Notes: a model not told the origin generated them from the letters alone. 64,000 nucleotides of DNA from an uncultured Lachnospiraceae bacterium (GCA_946626215.1 CAMOUD010000001.1:8968-72967); one strand, 5' to 3'. Positions 1 through 9,853 are shown, counted from the first letter of the stretch. Made by a program: numbers and translations.

Positions 1-135
1 ATCCTCAAGGAACTCCCCGGCGGGGAGACGGAAGAGGCGGTCTACGCCCTTGTCGAGGAAGACAGGGAGCTGGAAGCGGTCTGCCTTCTGTTAAAGGATG
101 ACCTGGAAGAACTGGGCATCCTTCTGGAGGCCTGA
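1..135 (+). CDS. 3' end of an unidentified CDS entering from the left edge (last 44 codons)
   Basis: Frame 1 is open from base 1 to TGA 133-135 (..LKDDLEELGILLEA*). Codon style matches neighbours. No diagnostic motif in the fragment. Confidence 0.35.
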   Translation: MLKELPGGETEEAVYALVEEDRELEAVCLLLKDDLEELGILLEA

Positions 136-161
136 GCACCTGCCGCCAGAATGAGGATAAA

Positions 162-1844
162 TTGAAGAAAGCAAGAGAAAAAAAGAGAATTGGATCCAAG
201 CTCCGGATCATCCCTCTGGGAGGTCTGGAACAGATCGGCATGAACATTACGGCCTTTGAGTTCGAGGGCAGCATCCTTGTGGTGGACTGCGGTCTGGCCT
301 TCCCCGAGGACGATATGTTCGGCATTGACCTGGTCATACCGGACATCACCTATCTGGAGGAGAACCGGGACAAGGTCAAGGGCTTTGTGATCACCCACGG
401 ACACGAGGACCACATCGGGGCCCTGCCCTACGTGCTGAAGCGGCTCAATGTGCCCGTTTACGCCACCCGGCTGACCATGGGCCTGATCGAGCACAAGCTG
501 ATGGAGCACGACCTTCTGGAATCCACCAGACGGTGCGTGGTCACCTTCGGGCAGACGGTGAAGCTGGGAAGCTTTTCCGTGGAATTCATCAAGACCAACC
601 ACAGCATCGTGGACGCGGCGGCCCTGGCCATCACCTGCCCTGTGGGCACCATTGTCCATACGGGCGATTTCAAGGTGGACTATACCCCGGTCTTCGGCGA
701 CGCCATCGACCTCCAGCGCTTTGGGGAGCTGGGCCGGCAGGGCGTCCTGGCCCTCATGTGCGACTCCACCAACGCGGAGCGCGCCGGCAGCACCGCTTCC
801 GAAAGGACGGTGGGAGGGACCATCGACCATCTTTTCCAGGAGCACCGGGATACCAGGATCATCATCGCGACCTTCGCGTCCAACGTGGACCGGGTCCGGC
901 AGATCATCAATTCCGCCTGCCGCTATGGCCGCAAGGTCCTGGTGGAAGGCCGCAGCATGGTCAACATCATCGAGACGGCGACCCGGCTGGGCTACCTGAA
1001 CGTGCCGGAGAATACCCTGATCGACGCGGACCAGCTCCGGAATTTCCCGGGCGAGCAGACGGTCATCATCACCACAGGCAGCCAGGGCGAGAGCATGGCG
1101 GCCCTCAGCCGGATGGCCGAGGACATGCACAGGCGGATCACCATCGGCCCCGGCGACACGGTCATCTTTTCCTCCAACCCCATCCCGGGCAATGAAAAGG
1201 CCGTGACCCATGTCATCAACAAGCTCCTGAGGAAGGGAGCGGATGTCATCTTCCAGGACGTCCATGTTTCCGGACACGCCTGCCAGGAGGACATCAAGCT
1301 TATATATACCCTGGTACAGCCCCGCTACGCGATACCCGTGCACGGGGAGTACCGGCATCTCAAGGCCCAGGCCAAGATCGCGCGGGACCTGGGCTATGAC
1401 AGGGACAGCATTTTTATCCTGAACTCCGGGGATGTCCTGGAACTGGATGAAGAAACGGCCCGGGTGAACGGACGCGTGCAGGTCGGAGCCGTGCTGGTGG
1501 ACGGCCTGGGCGTAGGAGACGTCGGCAACGTGGTCCTCAGGGACCGGCAGCATCTGGCGGAGGACGGCATCGTCATCGTCTGCTTTGCGCTGGATCCGTC
1601 GGGCAGGACCCTGACGGCCGGACCCGAGATCACATCCAGAGGCTTCGTCTATGTCAAGGAGGCGGACGCCCTGATGGAGGAGGCCGACCAGGTAGTCCGG
1701 GAGGCTATTGAAAAGTGCCTGGGCAGCAGGGGATCTTCCGACCGGAACAGGTTCCGGACGGCTGTCAAGAACAGCCTGGGGGACTTTTTCTGGAGAAAGA
1801 CCATGCGCCGGCCCATGATCCTGCCCATGATACTGGAGGTATGA
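162..1844 (+). CDS. rnj: Ribonuclease J
   Basis: 560-aa ORF with TTG start after GAGGA. Metallo-beta-lactamase HxHxDH motif (ITHGHEDHIGALP). Length and layout typical of RNase J (beta-lactamase + beta-CASP + C-terminal domain). Confidence 0.9.
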   Translation: MKKAREKKRIGSKLRIIPLGGLEQIGMNITAFEFEGSILVVDCGLAFPEDDMFGIDLVIPDITYLEENRDKVKGFVITHGHEDHIGALPYVLKRLNVPVYATRLTMGLIEHKLMEHDLLESTRRCVVTFGQTVKLGSFSVEFIKTNHSIVDAAALAITCPVGTIVHTGDFKVDYTPVFGDAIDLQRFGELGRQGVLALMCDSTNAERAGSTASERTVGGTIDHLFQEHRDTRIIIATFASNVDRVRQIINSACRYGRKVLVEGRSMVNIIETATRLGYLNVPENTLIDADQLRNFPGEQTVIITTGSQGESMAALSRMAEDMHRRITIGPGDTVIFSSNPIPGNEKAVTHVINKLLRKGADVIFQDVHVSGHACQEDIKLIYTLVQPRYAIPVHGEYRHLKAQAKIARDLGYDRDSIFILNSGDVLELDEETARVNGRVQVGAVLVDGLGVGDVGNVVLRDRQHLAEDGIVIVCFALDPSGRTLTAGPEITSRGFVYVKEADALMEEADQVVREAIEKCLGSRGSSDRNRFRTAVKNSLGDFFWRKTMRRPMILPMILEV

Positions 1845-1848
1845 CAGC

Positions 1849-2235
1849 ATGAGAATCAGAAAACGGGGAAACATACTGGACCTGATCGTGATGGCTGTGA
1901 TCGCCGTTGTTCTGATCGCGGCGGCCCGGCGGATCGTGACCGGCGTAGGCCGCTTTTATGAAATGGGATATTCCCTGGTCTCCCAGAAGGCGCTGGACAG
2001 CGAGGGGCAGGGAAAGACCATCACCATTGAGGTCACGCCCGGCATGACCGTGACCCAGGTGGGAGACCTCCTGGAGAGTGAGTCCCTGATCGCGAGCAGC
2101 CGTGTCTTTGTCTTTCAGGAGCGCATGTCTTCCTTCTCGGGCATGATCCAGCCCGGGACCTATGAGATCTCCTCGGAAATGACTACGGACCAGATCCTGC
2201 AGGTCCTGTCCGGACAGGCTCCGGCGGATGAATAG
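1849..2235 (+). CDS. MltG/YceG-like remnant: TM helix plus LysM-like module only, no catalytic domain
   Basis: 128 aa, starting 4 nt after the rnj stop. TM helix LIVMAVIAVVLIAAA, then ITIEVTPGMTVTQVGDLLES...IQPGTYEISSEMTTDQILQVLSG, which matches the N-terminal half of MltG. The ORF ends where the lytic transglycosylase half would begin. Confidence 0.6.
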   Translation: MRIRKRGNILDLIVMAVIAVVLIAAARRIVTGVGRFYEMGYSLVSQKALDSEGQGKTITIEVTPGMTVTQVGDLLESESLIASSRVFVFQERMSSFSGMIQPGTYEISSEMTTDQILQVLSGQAPADE

Positions 2236-2887
2236 CCCCGGGGAGCGGCTGGGCGTTTTCGTGGAATCCATGGAGATCCCCAATCCACCCTGGCTGCAGC
2301 AGATGGAACAGGAGGCGCTGGCGGAAAGGGTGCCGGTCATCCGGCCCCGGACCCAGGGCCTCATTAAATTTTTTCTGGAGCTCTGCCGGCCCATGCGGAT
2401 CCTGGAGGTGGGAACGGGAACGGGCTTTTCCGCCCTGCTCATGGACGCCTTTTCGCCGGAGGGGGCCGGGATCGTCACCATCGAAAAGGATCCTGCCCGC
2501 GCGGAGGCGGCCAGGGCCGGCTTCGCGGCCCGGGGGGCCGGAGAGAGGATCGTCCTGCTGGAAGGGGACGCGGCTGAGATCCTGCCGTCCCTGGAGGGCC
2601 CCTTTGACCTGGTCTTCATGGACGCCGCCAAGGGCCAGTATATCCGCTTCCTGCCGGAGGTCCTCAGGCTTCTGCCGGAGGGCGGCCTTCTGATATCCGA
2701 CAACATCCTCCGCGAGGAGGAGATCCTTTCTTCCCGATACGCCGTCAGGCGCAGGGACCGTACCATCCATAAGAGGATGCGGGCCTATCTGCGGGAACTG
2801 ACCGGAAGAGCGGACCTTCAGACCCTGCTTCTGGAGTCGGGAGACGGCACGGCCGTCACAGTGAAGAAAAAAGATGACAGACAGTAA
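2228..2887 (+). CDS. trmR: SAM-dependent O-methyltransferase, YrrM/TrmR-like (tRNA mo5U34 methyltransferase family)
   Basis: 219 aa. Class I methyltransferase motifs ILEVGTGTGFSAL and DLVFMDAAK. 8-nt overlap with the upstream ORF. Same mltG-yrrM-yrrO order as B. subtilis. Confidence 0.7.
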   Translation: MNSPGERLGVFVESMEIPNPPWLQQMEQEALAERVPVIRPRTQGLIKFFLELCRPMRILEVGTGTGFSALLMDAFSPEGAGIVTIEKDPARAEAARAGFAARGAGERIVLLEGDAAEILPSLEGPFDLVFMDAAKGQYIRFLPEVLRLLPEGGLLISDNILREEEILSSRYAVRRRDRTIHKRMRAYLRELTGRADLQTLLLESGDGTAVTVKKKDDRQ

Positions 2888-4118
2888 GATAAAAAAGCCC
2901 GAGCTTCTTGTGCCCGCCAGGGACATGGAAGTCTTCCGGACAGCCGTCCGCTACGGGGCGGATGCGGTCTATATCGGGGGCGAAGCCTACGGCCTCAGGG
3001 CCAAGGCCGGCAACTTCGGCCGGGAGGAGATGGCGGAGGCCATCGCCTATGCCCATGCCCGGGGCGTCCGGGTCCATGTGACCGCCAATATCCTGGCCCA
3101 CAACGCGGACCTGCCCGGGGCGGAGGCCTATTTCAGGACCCTGGAGGAGCTTTCTCCCGACGCGGTCCTGGTGGCGGACCCCGGCATGTTCACCCTGGCC
3201 CGGCGCGCCTGCCCTTCGGTCCCCATCCATATCTCCACCCAGGCCAACAATACCAACGCGGAGACCTTTGCCTTCTGGCACGCCCTGGGAGCTTCCCGGG
3301 TGGTCTGCGCCAGAGAGCTGAGCCTGAAGGAGATCGCCCAGATCCGGGAACGGGTCCCCGAGGACCTGGAGATCGAGGCCTTTGTGCACGGGGCCATGTG
3401 CATCTCCTATTCGGGAAGGTGCCTTCTGTCCTCCTACTTTACGGGCCGGGACGCCAACCGGGGCGCCTGCACCCATCCCTGCCGGTGGAAGTACGCCGTG
3501 GCCGAGGAGTCAAGGCCGGGCGTCTATCTTCCCATTGAGGAAAATGACAGGGGGACCTTTATCTTCAACTCCAGGGACCTGTGCATGATCGAATATATCC
3601 CGGACCTGGTCCTGGCCGGCATCGATTCTCTCAAGATCGAAGGCAGGATGAAGAACGCCCTCTATGTGGCCACCGTGGCCAGGACCTACCGGAGGGCCAT
3701 CGACGACTATATGGAAAGCGAGGACCTGTACCGGAAGAACCTTCCCTGGTACAGGGACCAGATCCGCCGCTGCACCTACCGGCATTTCACCACCGGCTTC
3801 TATTTCGGAAGGCCTGACGAGGATTCCATGGTCTATGAGGATTCCACCTATGTCAGCGACGCCGTTTATCTGGGCACTGTGGAGGATACGGATCCGGTCC
3901 GCGGGACCAGGATCACGCAGCGCAATAAATTCTCGGTGGGAGATACCATCGAGATCATGAAAAAGGATGGCCGCGACCTGGCTGTCACGGTCATGGGCAT
4001 GAGAACGGAAGACGGAGAGCCGGTGCAGGCCTGTCCGCATCCGAAGGAGGTCCTCTGGCTGACCCTTTCGGAAATGGCCGAGCCCGGAGACATTCTCCGC
4101 AGACAGGGTTCCCGATAA
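2874..4118 (+). CDS. trhP: Peptidase U32 family protein, YrrO/TrhP-like (tRNA ho5U synthesis family)
   Basis: 414 aa. U32 signature EAFVHGAMCISYSGRCLLS. 14-nt overlap with trmR. Confidence 0.75.
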   Translation: MTDSKIKKPELLVPARDMEVFRTAVRYGADAVYIGGEAYGLRAKAGNFGREEMAEAIAYAHARGVRVHVTANILAHNADLPGAEAYFRTLEELSPDAVLVADPGMFTLARRACPSVPIHISTQANNTNAETFAFWHALGASRVVCARELSLKEIAQIRERVPEDLEIEAFVHGAMCISYSGRCLLSSYFTGRDANRGACTHPCRWKYAVAEESRPGVYLPIEENDRGTFIFNSRDLCMIEYIPDLVLAGIDSLKIEGRMKNALYVATVARTYRRAIDDYMESEDLYRKNLPWYRDQIRRCTYRHFTTGFYFGRPDEDSMVYEDSTYVSDAVYLGTVEDTDPVRGTRITQRNKFSVGDTIEIMKKDGRDLAVTVMGMRTEDGEPVQACPHPKEVLWLTLSEMAEPGDILRRQGSR

Positions 4119-4145
4119 CAGACAGGTAGAAGAAAAGAGGATTGC

Positions 4146-6266
4146 ATGAGCGAGACCAGAGAAAAAATCAACGTGGAGGAGCTGTACGGCCGGAATGTGT
4201 TCACCCTCAGCAAGATGCGGGCGGCCCTTCCCAAGAAGGTCTATGAGAACGTCCGCAAGGTCATGGAGGAGGGCGGAGACCTCTCCCGCCGGGACGCGGA
4301 TGTGGTCGCCAAGGCCATGAAGGACTGGGCGGTGGAGAACGGGGCTACCCATTATACCCACTGGTTCCAGCCCCTGACCGGGATTACAGCGGAAAAACAC
4401 GATTCCTTTGTTTCCACGCCCGATGACGACGGACGGATGCTGATGGGCTTTTCCGGCAAGGACCTGATCAAGGGGGAGCCGGACGCCTCCTCCTTCCCCT
4501 CCGGCGGCCTCAGGTCCACCTTTGAGGCCAGGGGCTATACCGCCTGGGACATCACCTCTCCCGCCTTCCTCAAGGAATCGGGCACGGGCGTGACCCTCTG
4601 CATCCCCACCGCCTTCTGCTCCTATACGGGCGAGGCCCTGGACAAGAAGACGCCCCTTCTCCGGTCCATGCAGGCCATCAACACCCAGGCCCTGAGGATC
4701 CTCCGCCTCTTCGGCAACACCACTTCCAGAAGAGTCCGCGCCAGCGTCGGCGCGGAACAGGAATACTTCCTGGTCAACCGGGACAAGTACCTGCAGAGAC
4801 AGGACCTGATTTTTACCGGCAGGACCCTCTTCGGGGCGGCCGCGCCCAAGGGCCAGGAGATGGAGGACCATTATTTCGGCGTGATCCGGGAGCGGGTCGG
4901 AGCCTTCATGAAGGACCTCAACGAGGAGCTCTGGAAGCTGGGAGTCCCTGCCAAGACCCAGCACAATGAGGTGGCGCCTGCCCAGCATGAGCTGGCCCCC
5001 ATCTATGAAGAAGCCAATCTGGCCACCGACCACAACCAGCTGGTCATGGAGACCATGAAGCGGATCGCCATCTACCACAACATGCGGTGCCTTCTCCATG
5101 AAAAGCCCTTTGAAGGCGTCAACGGGTCGGGCAAGCACAACAACTGGTCCCTGTCCACCGACGACGGGATCAACCTGCTGGAGCCCGGGGCTTCTCCGGA
5201 GCAGAACACCCAGTTCCTTCTGGTCCTGGCCTGCATCCTGAAGGCCGTGGATACCCACGCCGACCTGCTCAGGCAGAGCGCCTCCGATGTGGGCAATGAC
5301 CTGCGCCTGGGCGCCCATGAAGCGCCTCCGGCCATCGTTTCCGTTTTCCTGGGCCAGCAGCTGGAGGATGTGGTCCGCCAGCTGGTGGAGACCGGCAGCG
5401 CCGACAGCCACATCGAGGGCGGCGTCCTCAGGACCGGCGTCTCCACCCTGCCTGACATCAACAAGGACGCCACGGACCGGAACCGGACCTCGCCTTTTGC
5501 CTACACCGGCAACAAGTTCGAGTTCCGCATGGTGGGCGCGGCGGATTCCTGCGCCAGCCCCATCACCACCATCAACGCCATCGTCGCGGAGGCCTTCTGC
5601 GAGGCGGCGGACCGCCTGGAAGCGGCCGAAGACTTCGACCAGGCCGTCCAGGCCCTGATCACGGAATATATGACCCGCCACCAGCGGATCATCTTCAGCG
5701 GGAACGGCTATTCCGAGGAATGGCTGGCGGAGGCGGAAAGAAGGGGCCTGCCCAACATCGCCACCACCATTGAGGCGGCTTCGGCCCTGACCACCCGCAA
5801 GGCGGTCCGGCTCTTTGAGACCTTCGGGATCTTTACGGAGACCGAGCTGGCCAGCCGGGAGGAGATCATCTACGATACCTACGCCAAGACCATCAACATC
5901 GAGGTCCTGACCATGCAGGACATGGCAGGCAAGCAGATCCTTCCCGCCTGCATGCGCTACGCCAGGAACCTGGCGGAGACCGTTCTGGCCCTCAGGGAGG
6001 CAGGCGTCGAGCCCGCGGCGGAGGTCCAGAGGCTCACGGCCGTCAACAGCCTGATCAATGAAGCCCAGGCGGCCCTGGACCTTCTGACAGAGGCTGAGGA
6101 CAGAGCGGGCCGGATCGCGGGAGCCAGGGAAAGGGCCTTCTTCTATAAGGATATCGTCAAGCCCCTCATGGCCGACCTCAGGACCCCCTGCGACCGGCTG
6201 GAGAGGATCGTGGACAAGCGGATGTGGCCCTTCCCCACCTACGAGGACCTGATGTTTGAAGTCTGA
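4146..6266 (+). CDS. glnN: Glutamine synthetase, type III
   Basis: 706 aa, the length class of GS-III. GS catalytic blocks [15 protein letters not shown] and [10 protein letters not shown]. Confidence 0.85.
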   Translation: MSETREKINVEELYGRNVFTLSKMRAALPKKVYENVRKVMEEGGDLSRRDADVVAKAMKDWAVENGATHYTHWFQPLTGITAEKHDSFVSTPDDDGRMLMGFSGKDLIKGEPDASSFPSGGLRSTFEARGYTAWDITSPAFLKESGTGVTLCIPTAFCSYTGEALDKKTPLLRSMQAINTQALRILRLFGNTTSRRVRASVGAEQEYFLVNRDKYLQRQDLIFTGRTLFGAAAPKGQEMEDHYFGVIRERVGAFMKDLNEELWKLGVPAKTQHNEVAPAQHELAPIYEEANLATDHNQLVMETMKRIAIYHNMRCLLHEKPFEGVNGSGKHNNWSLSTDDGINLLEPGASPEQNTQFLLVLACILKAVDTHADLLRQSASDVGNDLRLGAHEAPPAIVSVFLGQQLEDVVRQLVETGSADSHIEGGVLRTGVSTLPDINKDATDRNRTSPFAYTGNKFEFRMVGAADSCASPITTINAIVAEAFCEAADRLEAAEDFDQAVQALITEYMTRHQRIIFSGNGYSEEWLAEAERRGLPNIATTIEAASALTTRKAVRLFETFGIFTETELASREEIIYDTYAKTINIEVLTMQDMAGKQILPACMRYARNLAETVLALREAGVEPAAEVQRLTAVNSLINEAQAALDLLTEAEDRAGRIAGARERAFFYKDIVKPLMADLRTPCDRLERIVDKRMWPFPTYEDLMFEV

Positions 6267-6283
6267 CCGCAAAGGAGGAAATC

Positions 6284-7645
6284 ATGCGGATTATAATTGT
6301 TGGAGGCGGTAAAGTCGGCAAGGCCCTGGTCAGGCAGCTTTCCAGAGAGGGCCATGATATCGCCGTCATCGATGAAAAGAGCCGGGTCATTACAGAGATC
6401 ACGGACAACTATGATGTCCTGGGCCTGGTAGGCAACGGCGCTTCCTATTCCGTCCAGAAGGAGGCCGGCGTAGAGGATACGGACCTTCTGATCGCGGTCA
6501 CCAACGCCGACGAGGTCAACCTGCTCTGCTGCCTGGTCGCCAAAAAGGCCGGCGGCTGCAGCACCATCGCCAGGGTCCGGAACCCCGTCTATAACAGTGA
6601 GATCGGCTTTATCAAGCAGGAGCTGGGCCTGTCCCTGACCGTCAACCCCGAATACGCGGCGGCCACCGAGGCGGCCCGGATCCTCCGGTTCCCCTCCGCC
6701 ATCAAGATCGACACCTTTGCCAGAGGCAGGGCCGAGATCCTCAAGTTCAGGATCCCCGAGGGCTCTCCCCTGGTCAACTGCACCCTCATGGATATCAGCA
6801 AACGGACCGGTGCCGACGTGCTGGTCTGCGCCGTCCAGCGGGGCAGCCATGTGGAGATCCCCAACGGCCATTTCGTCCTCAAGGCCCATGACTTCATCAG
6901 CTTCCTGGCAACGCCCGACAACGCCAGGGCCTTCTTTGACGGCATCAGGATCAAGAGCCACAGGGTCAGGGACTGCATGATCGTCGGCGGAGGCACCATC
7001 TGCTACTATCTGGCCCAGCAGCTGATCAGCAACGGCATTAAGGTCAAGATCATCGAAAAGGATCTGGACCGCTGCGAGGAGCTCAGCGTCCTCCTGCCGG
7101 ATGCTACCATCATCAACGGCGACGCCACCAACCAGGACGTCCTTCTGGAGGAGGGGATCGCGGACTATGAGTCTTTTGTATCCCTGACGGGCATCGACGA
7201 GGAGAACGTGTTCCTGTCCCTCTACGCCCGGAGCCTTTCGGATTCCAAGATCATCACCAAGATCGACCGGATCAATTTCGACGACGTCATCGATTCCCTC
7301 AACCTGGGCTCCATCATGCATCCCAAGCTCATCACGGCGGAGTATATCCTCCGGTATGTCAGGGCCAAGCAGAATTCCATCGGCAGCAACGTGGAGTCCC
7401 TCTACAGCCTGATCCCCGACCAGGTGGAGGCCCTGGAATTCATGATCCGGAAGGATTCTCCCGTTCTGGGCATCCCTCTTTCCGAGATCAGGGTCAAGGA
7501 CAATGTCCTGATCGCCTGCATCACCCGCGGCGGCAGGATCATCATTCCCAACGGCCACTCCGTGATCGAGCCGGATGACAGCGTCATCGTGGTCACCTCT
7601 CACACGGGCTGGCAGGATATCGGCGACATTCTGAAGGGAGAGTAA
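6284..7645 (+). CDS. trkA: Trk potassium uptake system, NAD-binding/RCK subunit TrkA
   Basis: 453 aa with two tandem Rossmann/RCK modules (IIIVGGGKVGKAL and CMIVGGGTICYYL). Confidence 0.9.
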   Translation: MRIIIVGGGKVGKALVRQLSREGHDIAVIDEKSRVITEITDNYDVLGLVGNGASYSVQKEAGVEDTDLLIAVTNADEVNLLCCLVAKKAGGCSTIARVRNPVYNSEIGFIKQELGLSLTVNPEYAAATEAARILRFPSAIKIDTFARGRAEILKFRIPEGSPLVNCTLMDISKRTGADVLVCAVQRGSHVEIPNGHFVLKAHDFISFLATPDNARAFFDGIRIKSHRVRDCMIVGGGTICYYLAQQLISNGIKVKIIEKDLDRCEELSVLLPDATIINGDATNQDVLLEEGIADYESFVSLTGIDEENVFLSLYARSLSDSKIITKIDRINFDDVIDSLNLGSIMHPKLITAEYILRYVRAKQNSIGSNVESLYSLIPDQVEALEFMIRKDSPVLGIPLSEIRVKDNVLIACITRGGRIIIPNGHSVIEPDDSVIVVTSHTGWQDIGDILKGE

Positions 7646-7649
7646 GAGC

Positions 7650-9122
7650 GTGAATTACGGCAGTATCAGGCGGTTCCTGGGGATCGTGCTGCGGTTCGAG
7701 GCAGCCTTTCTCCTTCTGCCCGCCATCACGGGACTGGTCTATCGGGAAACGGCCGGTCTGTCCTATCTGGCAGCGGCCTTTCTCTGCGTGGTCGTCGGGA
7801 CCTTCCTGTCCTTCTACCGGGCCGACAGAGGCCCCTTCTATACCAAGGAAGGCTTTGCCGGCGTTGCCCTGAGCTGGATCGTGCTGAGTATGTTCGGGGC
7901 CCTGCCCTTTGTCTTCTGCGGCGACATACCCAGCTATACCGACGCCCTCTTTGAGACCATCTCGGGCTTTACCACCACCGGCGCCTCCATCCTGACGGAT
8001 GTGGGGGCCCTGAGCCATGCCAGCCTCTTCTGGCGGTCCTTTACCCACTGGGTAGGCGGCATGGGCGTCATCGTCTTTATTCTGGCGATCATGCCCCTGA
8101 CCGGCGGCTACAACATGCACCTCATGCGGGCCGAGAGCCCGGGCCCCTCCGTGGGCAAGCTGGTCCCCAAGATCCGGGAGACCGCCATGATCCTCTATAA
8201 GATCTATTTCGGGATCACCGTGATCGAGATCATCCTCCTGCTCCTGGCGGGCATGCCCCTCTTTGACTCCCTCTGCCTGACCTTCGGCACGGCGGGCACC
8301 GGCGGCTTCGCGGTCCGCTCCAGCGGCTTCGCGGACTATACCGTCCTCCAGCAGGCCATCATCACCGTTTTCATGATCCTGTTCGGCGTCAACTTCAACG
8401 CCTACTATTTCCTGCTCCTGGGCAAGACCTGGGAAGCCAGGAAGGAAGCCTTCCGCATGAGCGAGGTCAAGGGATATCTGGGCATCATCGCCTTCTGTAT
8501 CCTCACCATCACCTGGTCCATCCGGGGCTTTTATGACAACATCCTTCTGGCCTTCCATCACGCGGCCTTCCAGGTGGGATCCATCATCACCACCACCGGC
8601 TACGCGACGGCGGACTTCAACCTCTGGCCCCAGTATTCCCGGAGCCTTCTGGTCCTGATCATGTTCATAGGCGCCTGCGCCGGCTCCACCGGCGGCGGCA
8701 TCAAGGTCTCCAGGATCCTGCTCCTTGTCAAGAGCGTGAAGCAGGAGGTCCTCCACTTCATCCATCCCCGCGCCGTGTCCACCATCAAGCTGGACGGCAA
8801 GTCCGTGGACAAGGAAACGGTCCGGGGCGTCAATGTCTATCTGGCGGCCTATGCCCTGATCTTTGTCGTTTCCCTCCTGATCATCACCATGTTCGATGAC
8901 CAGGATCTGGAGACGGTCTTCACGGCGGTGGCGGCGACCCTCAACAACATCGGGCCGGGCCTTGCGGCAGTCGGCCCCATGTCCAACTATTACCACCTCC
9001 TGCCTGTCACCAAGTATGTCCTCATGTTCGACATGCTGGCGGGCCGCCTGGAGCTCTTCCCCATGCTCATTCTCTTTGTGCCCGCGATCTGGAAGCCCGG
9101 CAGGAACAGGAAGAGGCGCTGA
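7650..9122 (+). CDS. trkH: Trk potassium uptake system, membrane subunit TrkH
   Basis: 490-aa polytopic protein with GTG start 4 nt after trkA. Four selectivity-filter-like Gly motifs (TTTGAS, GTAGTGGF, TTTGYA, GSTGGGIK). Confidence 0.9.
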   Translation: MNYGSIRRFLGIVLRFEAAFLLLPAITGLVYRETAGLSYLAAAFLCVVVGTFLSFYRADRGPFYTKEGFAGVALSWIVLSMFGALPFVFCGDIPSYTDALFETISGFTTTGASILTDVGALSHASLFWRSFTHWVGGMGVIVFILAIMPLTGGYNMHLMRAESPGPSVGKLVPKIRETAMILYKIYFGITVIEIILLLLAGMPLFDSLCLTFGTAGTGGFAVRSSGFADYTVLQQAIITVFMILFGVNFNAYYFLLLGKTWEARKEAFRMSEVKGYLGIIAFCILTITWSIRGFYDNILLAFHHAAFQVGSIITTTGYATADFNLWPQYSRSLLVLIMFIGACAGSTGGGIKVSRILLLVKSVKQEVLHFIHPRAVSTIKLDGKSVDKETVRGVNVYLAAYALIFVVSLLIITMFDDQDLETVFTAVAATLNNIGPGLAAVGPMSNYYHLLPVTKYVLMFDMLAGRLELFPMLILFVPAIWKPGRNRKRR

Positions 9123-9181
9123 CCGGAGCCGGGGCGTTCTGCCTGCAGGAAAAACGAAGAAGGAAAATTTAAAAAACCCCC

Positions 9182-9210
9182 TTGCAAAAAGGGAGCACAT
9201 CCTTTATAAT
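9182..9210 (+). promoter_or_regulatory. Sigma-A-type promoter of tRNA-Gln
   Basis: TTGCAA (9182-9187), 17-nt spacer, TATAAT (9205-9210). Confidence 0.6.
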
Positions 9211-9245
9211 TTCAATTCGTAGCCGGCAAACGGCTGCGAATTGAA
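9211..9245 (+). other. Stable hairpin in the tRNA-Gln 5' leader
   Basis: TTCAATTCG (9211-9219) pairs perfectly with CGAATTGAA (9237-9245). Inner AGCCG/CGGCT stem. The hairpin ends 3 nt before the mature tRNA 5' end. Confidence 0.5.
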
Positions 9246-9248
9246 TAA

Positions 9249-9321
9249 TGGGCTATAGCCAAACGGTAAGGCAGCGGACTCTGACTCCGTCATTTTGAAG
9301 GTTCGAATCCTTCTAGCCCAG
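9249..9321 (+). tRNA. tRNA-Gln (anticodon CTG)
   Basis: 7-bp acceptor stem TGGGCTA/TAGCCCA. T-arm GGTTCGAATCC. Anticodon stem GCGGA/TCCGT with loop CTCTGAC (CTG at 9281-9283). Discriminator G. No encoded CCA (CTC follows). Confidence 0.9.
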
Positions 9322-9329
9322 CTCGTACA

Positions 9330-9372
9330 GGACCCTTTGCCGGATATGCGGCAGAGGGCCTTATTCTTTTGT
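9330..9372 (+). terminator. Rho-independent terminator after tRNA-Gln
   Basis: About 12-bp imperfect stem GGACCCTTTGCCG/CGGCAGAGGGCC followed by TTATTCTTTTGTT. Confidence 0.55.
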
Positions 9373-9449
9373 TCCGCCAGGCCCCGGAACATGATACTAT
9401 TAGGAGGAATGAGCGGCGGCAGGTCCGCTGCCGGGGAGGAGGGATTCCT

Positions 9450-9689
9450 ATGAAGAACAACAACGACAGACTGAGGCGCAGCAACCGGATCCTCATCGGC
9501 CTGATCATCCTGTTCCTGCTTTACGGGATCATTTACAGGATCCAGACCGGAGATACGGACTTTTATCTTTTCGGCTACAAGATCGACCTGCCCTTTTTCG
9601 GGAACCAGGCTTCGGAGGAGACCGTGGAAGAGGAGGAAGAGGACAGCGGGGCCTGGATCCTCTGGGAAGAGACAGAGCACGCGGTCTGA
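9450..9689 (+). CDS. Small membrane protein, hypothetical (79 aa; one TM helix, acidic C-terminus)
   Basis: ATG at 9450 preceded by GGGGAGGAGGG. ILIGLIILFLLYGIIY TM segment. EEEEED tail. The ORF-track start at 9369 lacks an RBS. Confidence 0.45.
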   Translation: MKNNNDRLRRSNRILIGLIILFLLYGIIYRIQTGDTDFYLFGYKIDLPFFGNQASEETVEEEEEDSGAWILWEETEHAV

Positions 9690-9710
9690 GACAGGACAGT
9701 CTTAGAGGAC

Positions 9711-9748
9711 AGAGGGACCGGATGAGGCCGGATCCCTCTTCTTTTTTT
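9711..9748 (+). terminator. Rho-independent terminator
   Basis: AGAGGGACCGG...CCGGATCCCTCT stem followed by TCTTTTTTT. Confidence 0.75.
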
Positions 9749-9802
9749 GCCGTGTCCGCCGCCGGGACCGGATAAGAAGGGGAGAGATAAAAAAATCTTC
9801 TT

Positions 9803-9853
9803 CGTGCAATTCAGTGGTTTAAAACAGTAAAGGATGTGTTAGAATATTGCACG
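9803..9853 (+). promoter_or_regulatory. Putative promoter of the symporter gene bracketed by an 8-bp inverted repeat
   Basis: Extended -10 TGTTAGAAT (9837-9845). CGTGCAAT (9803-9810) and ATTGCACG (9846-9853) are exact reverse complements. The -35 is weak. Confidence 0.4.

Noticed and set aside
6267-6283. c-di-AMP (ydaO/kimA-type) riboswitch upstream of trkA.
   Set aside because: The intergenic spacer is only 17 nt.
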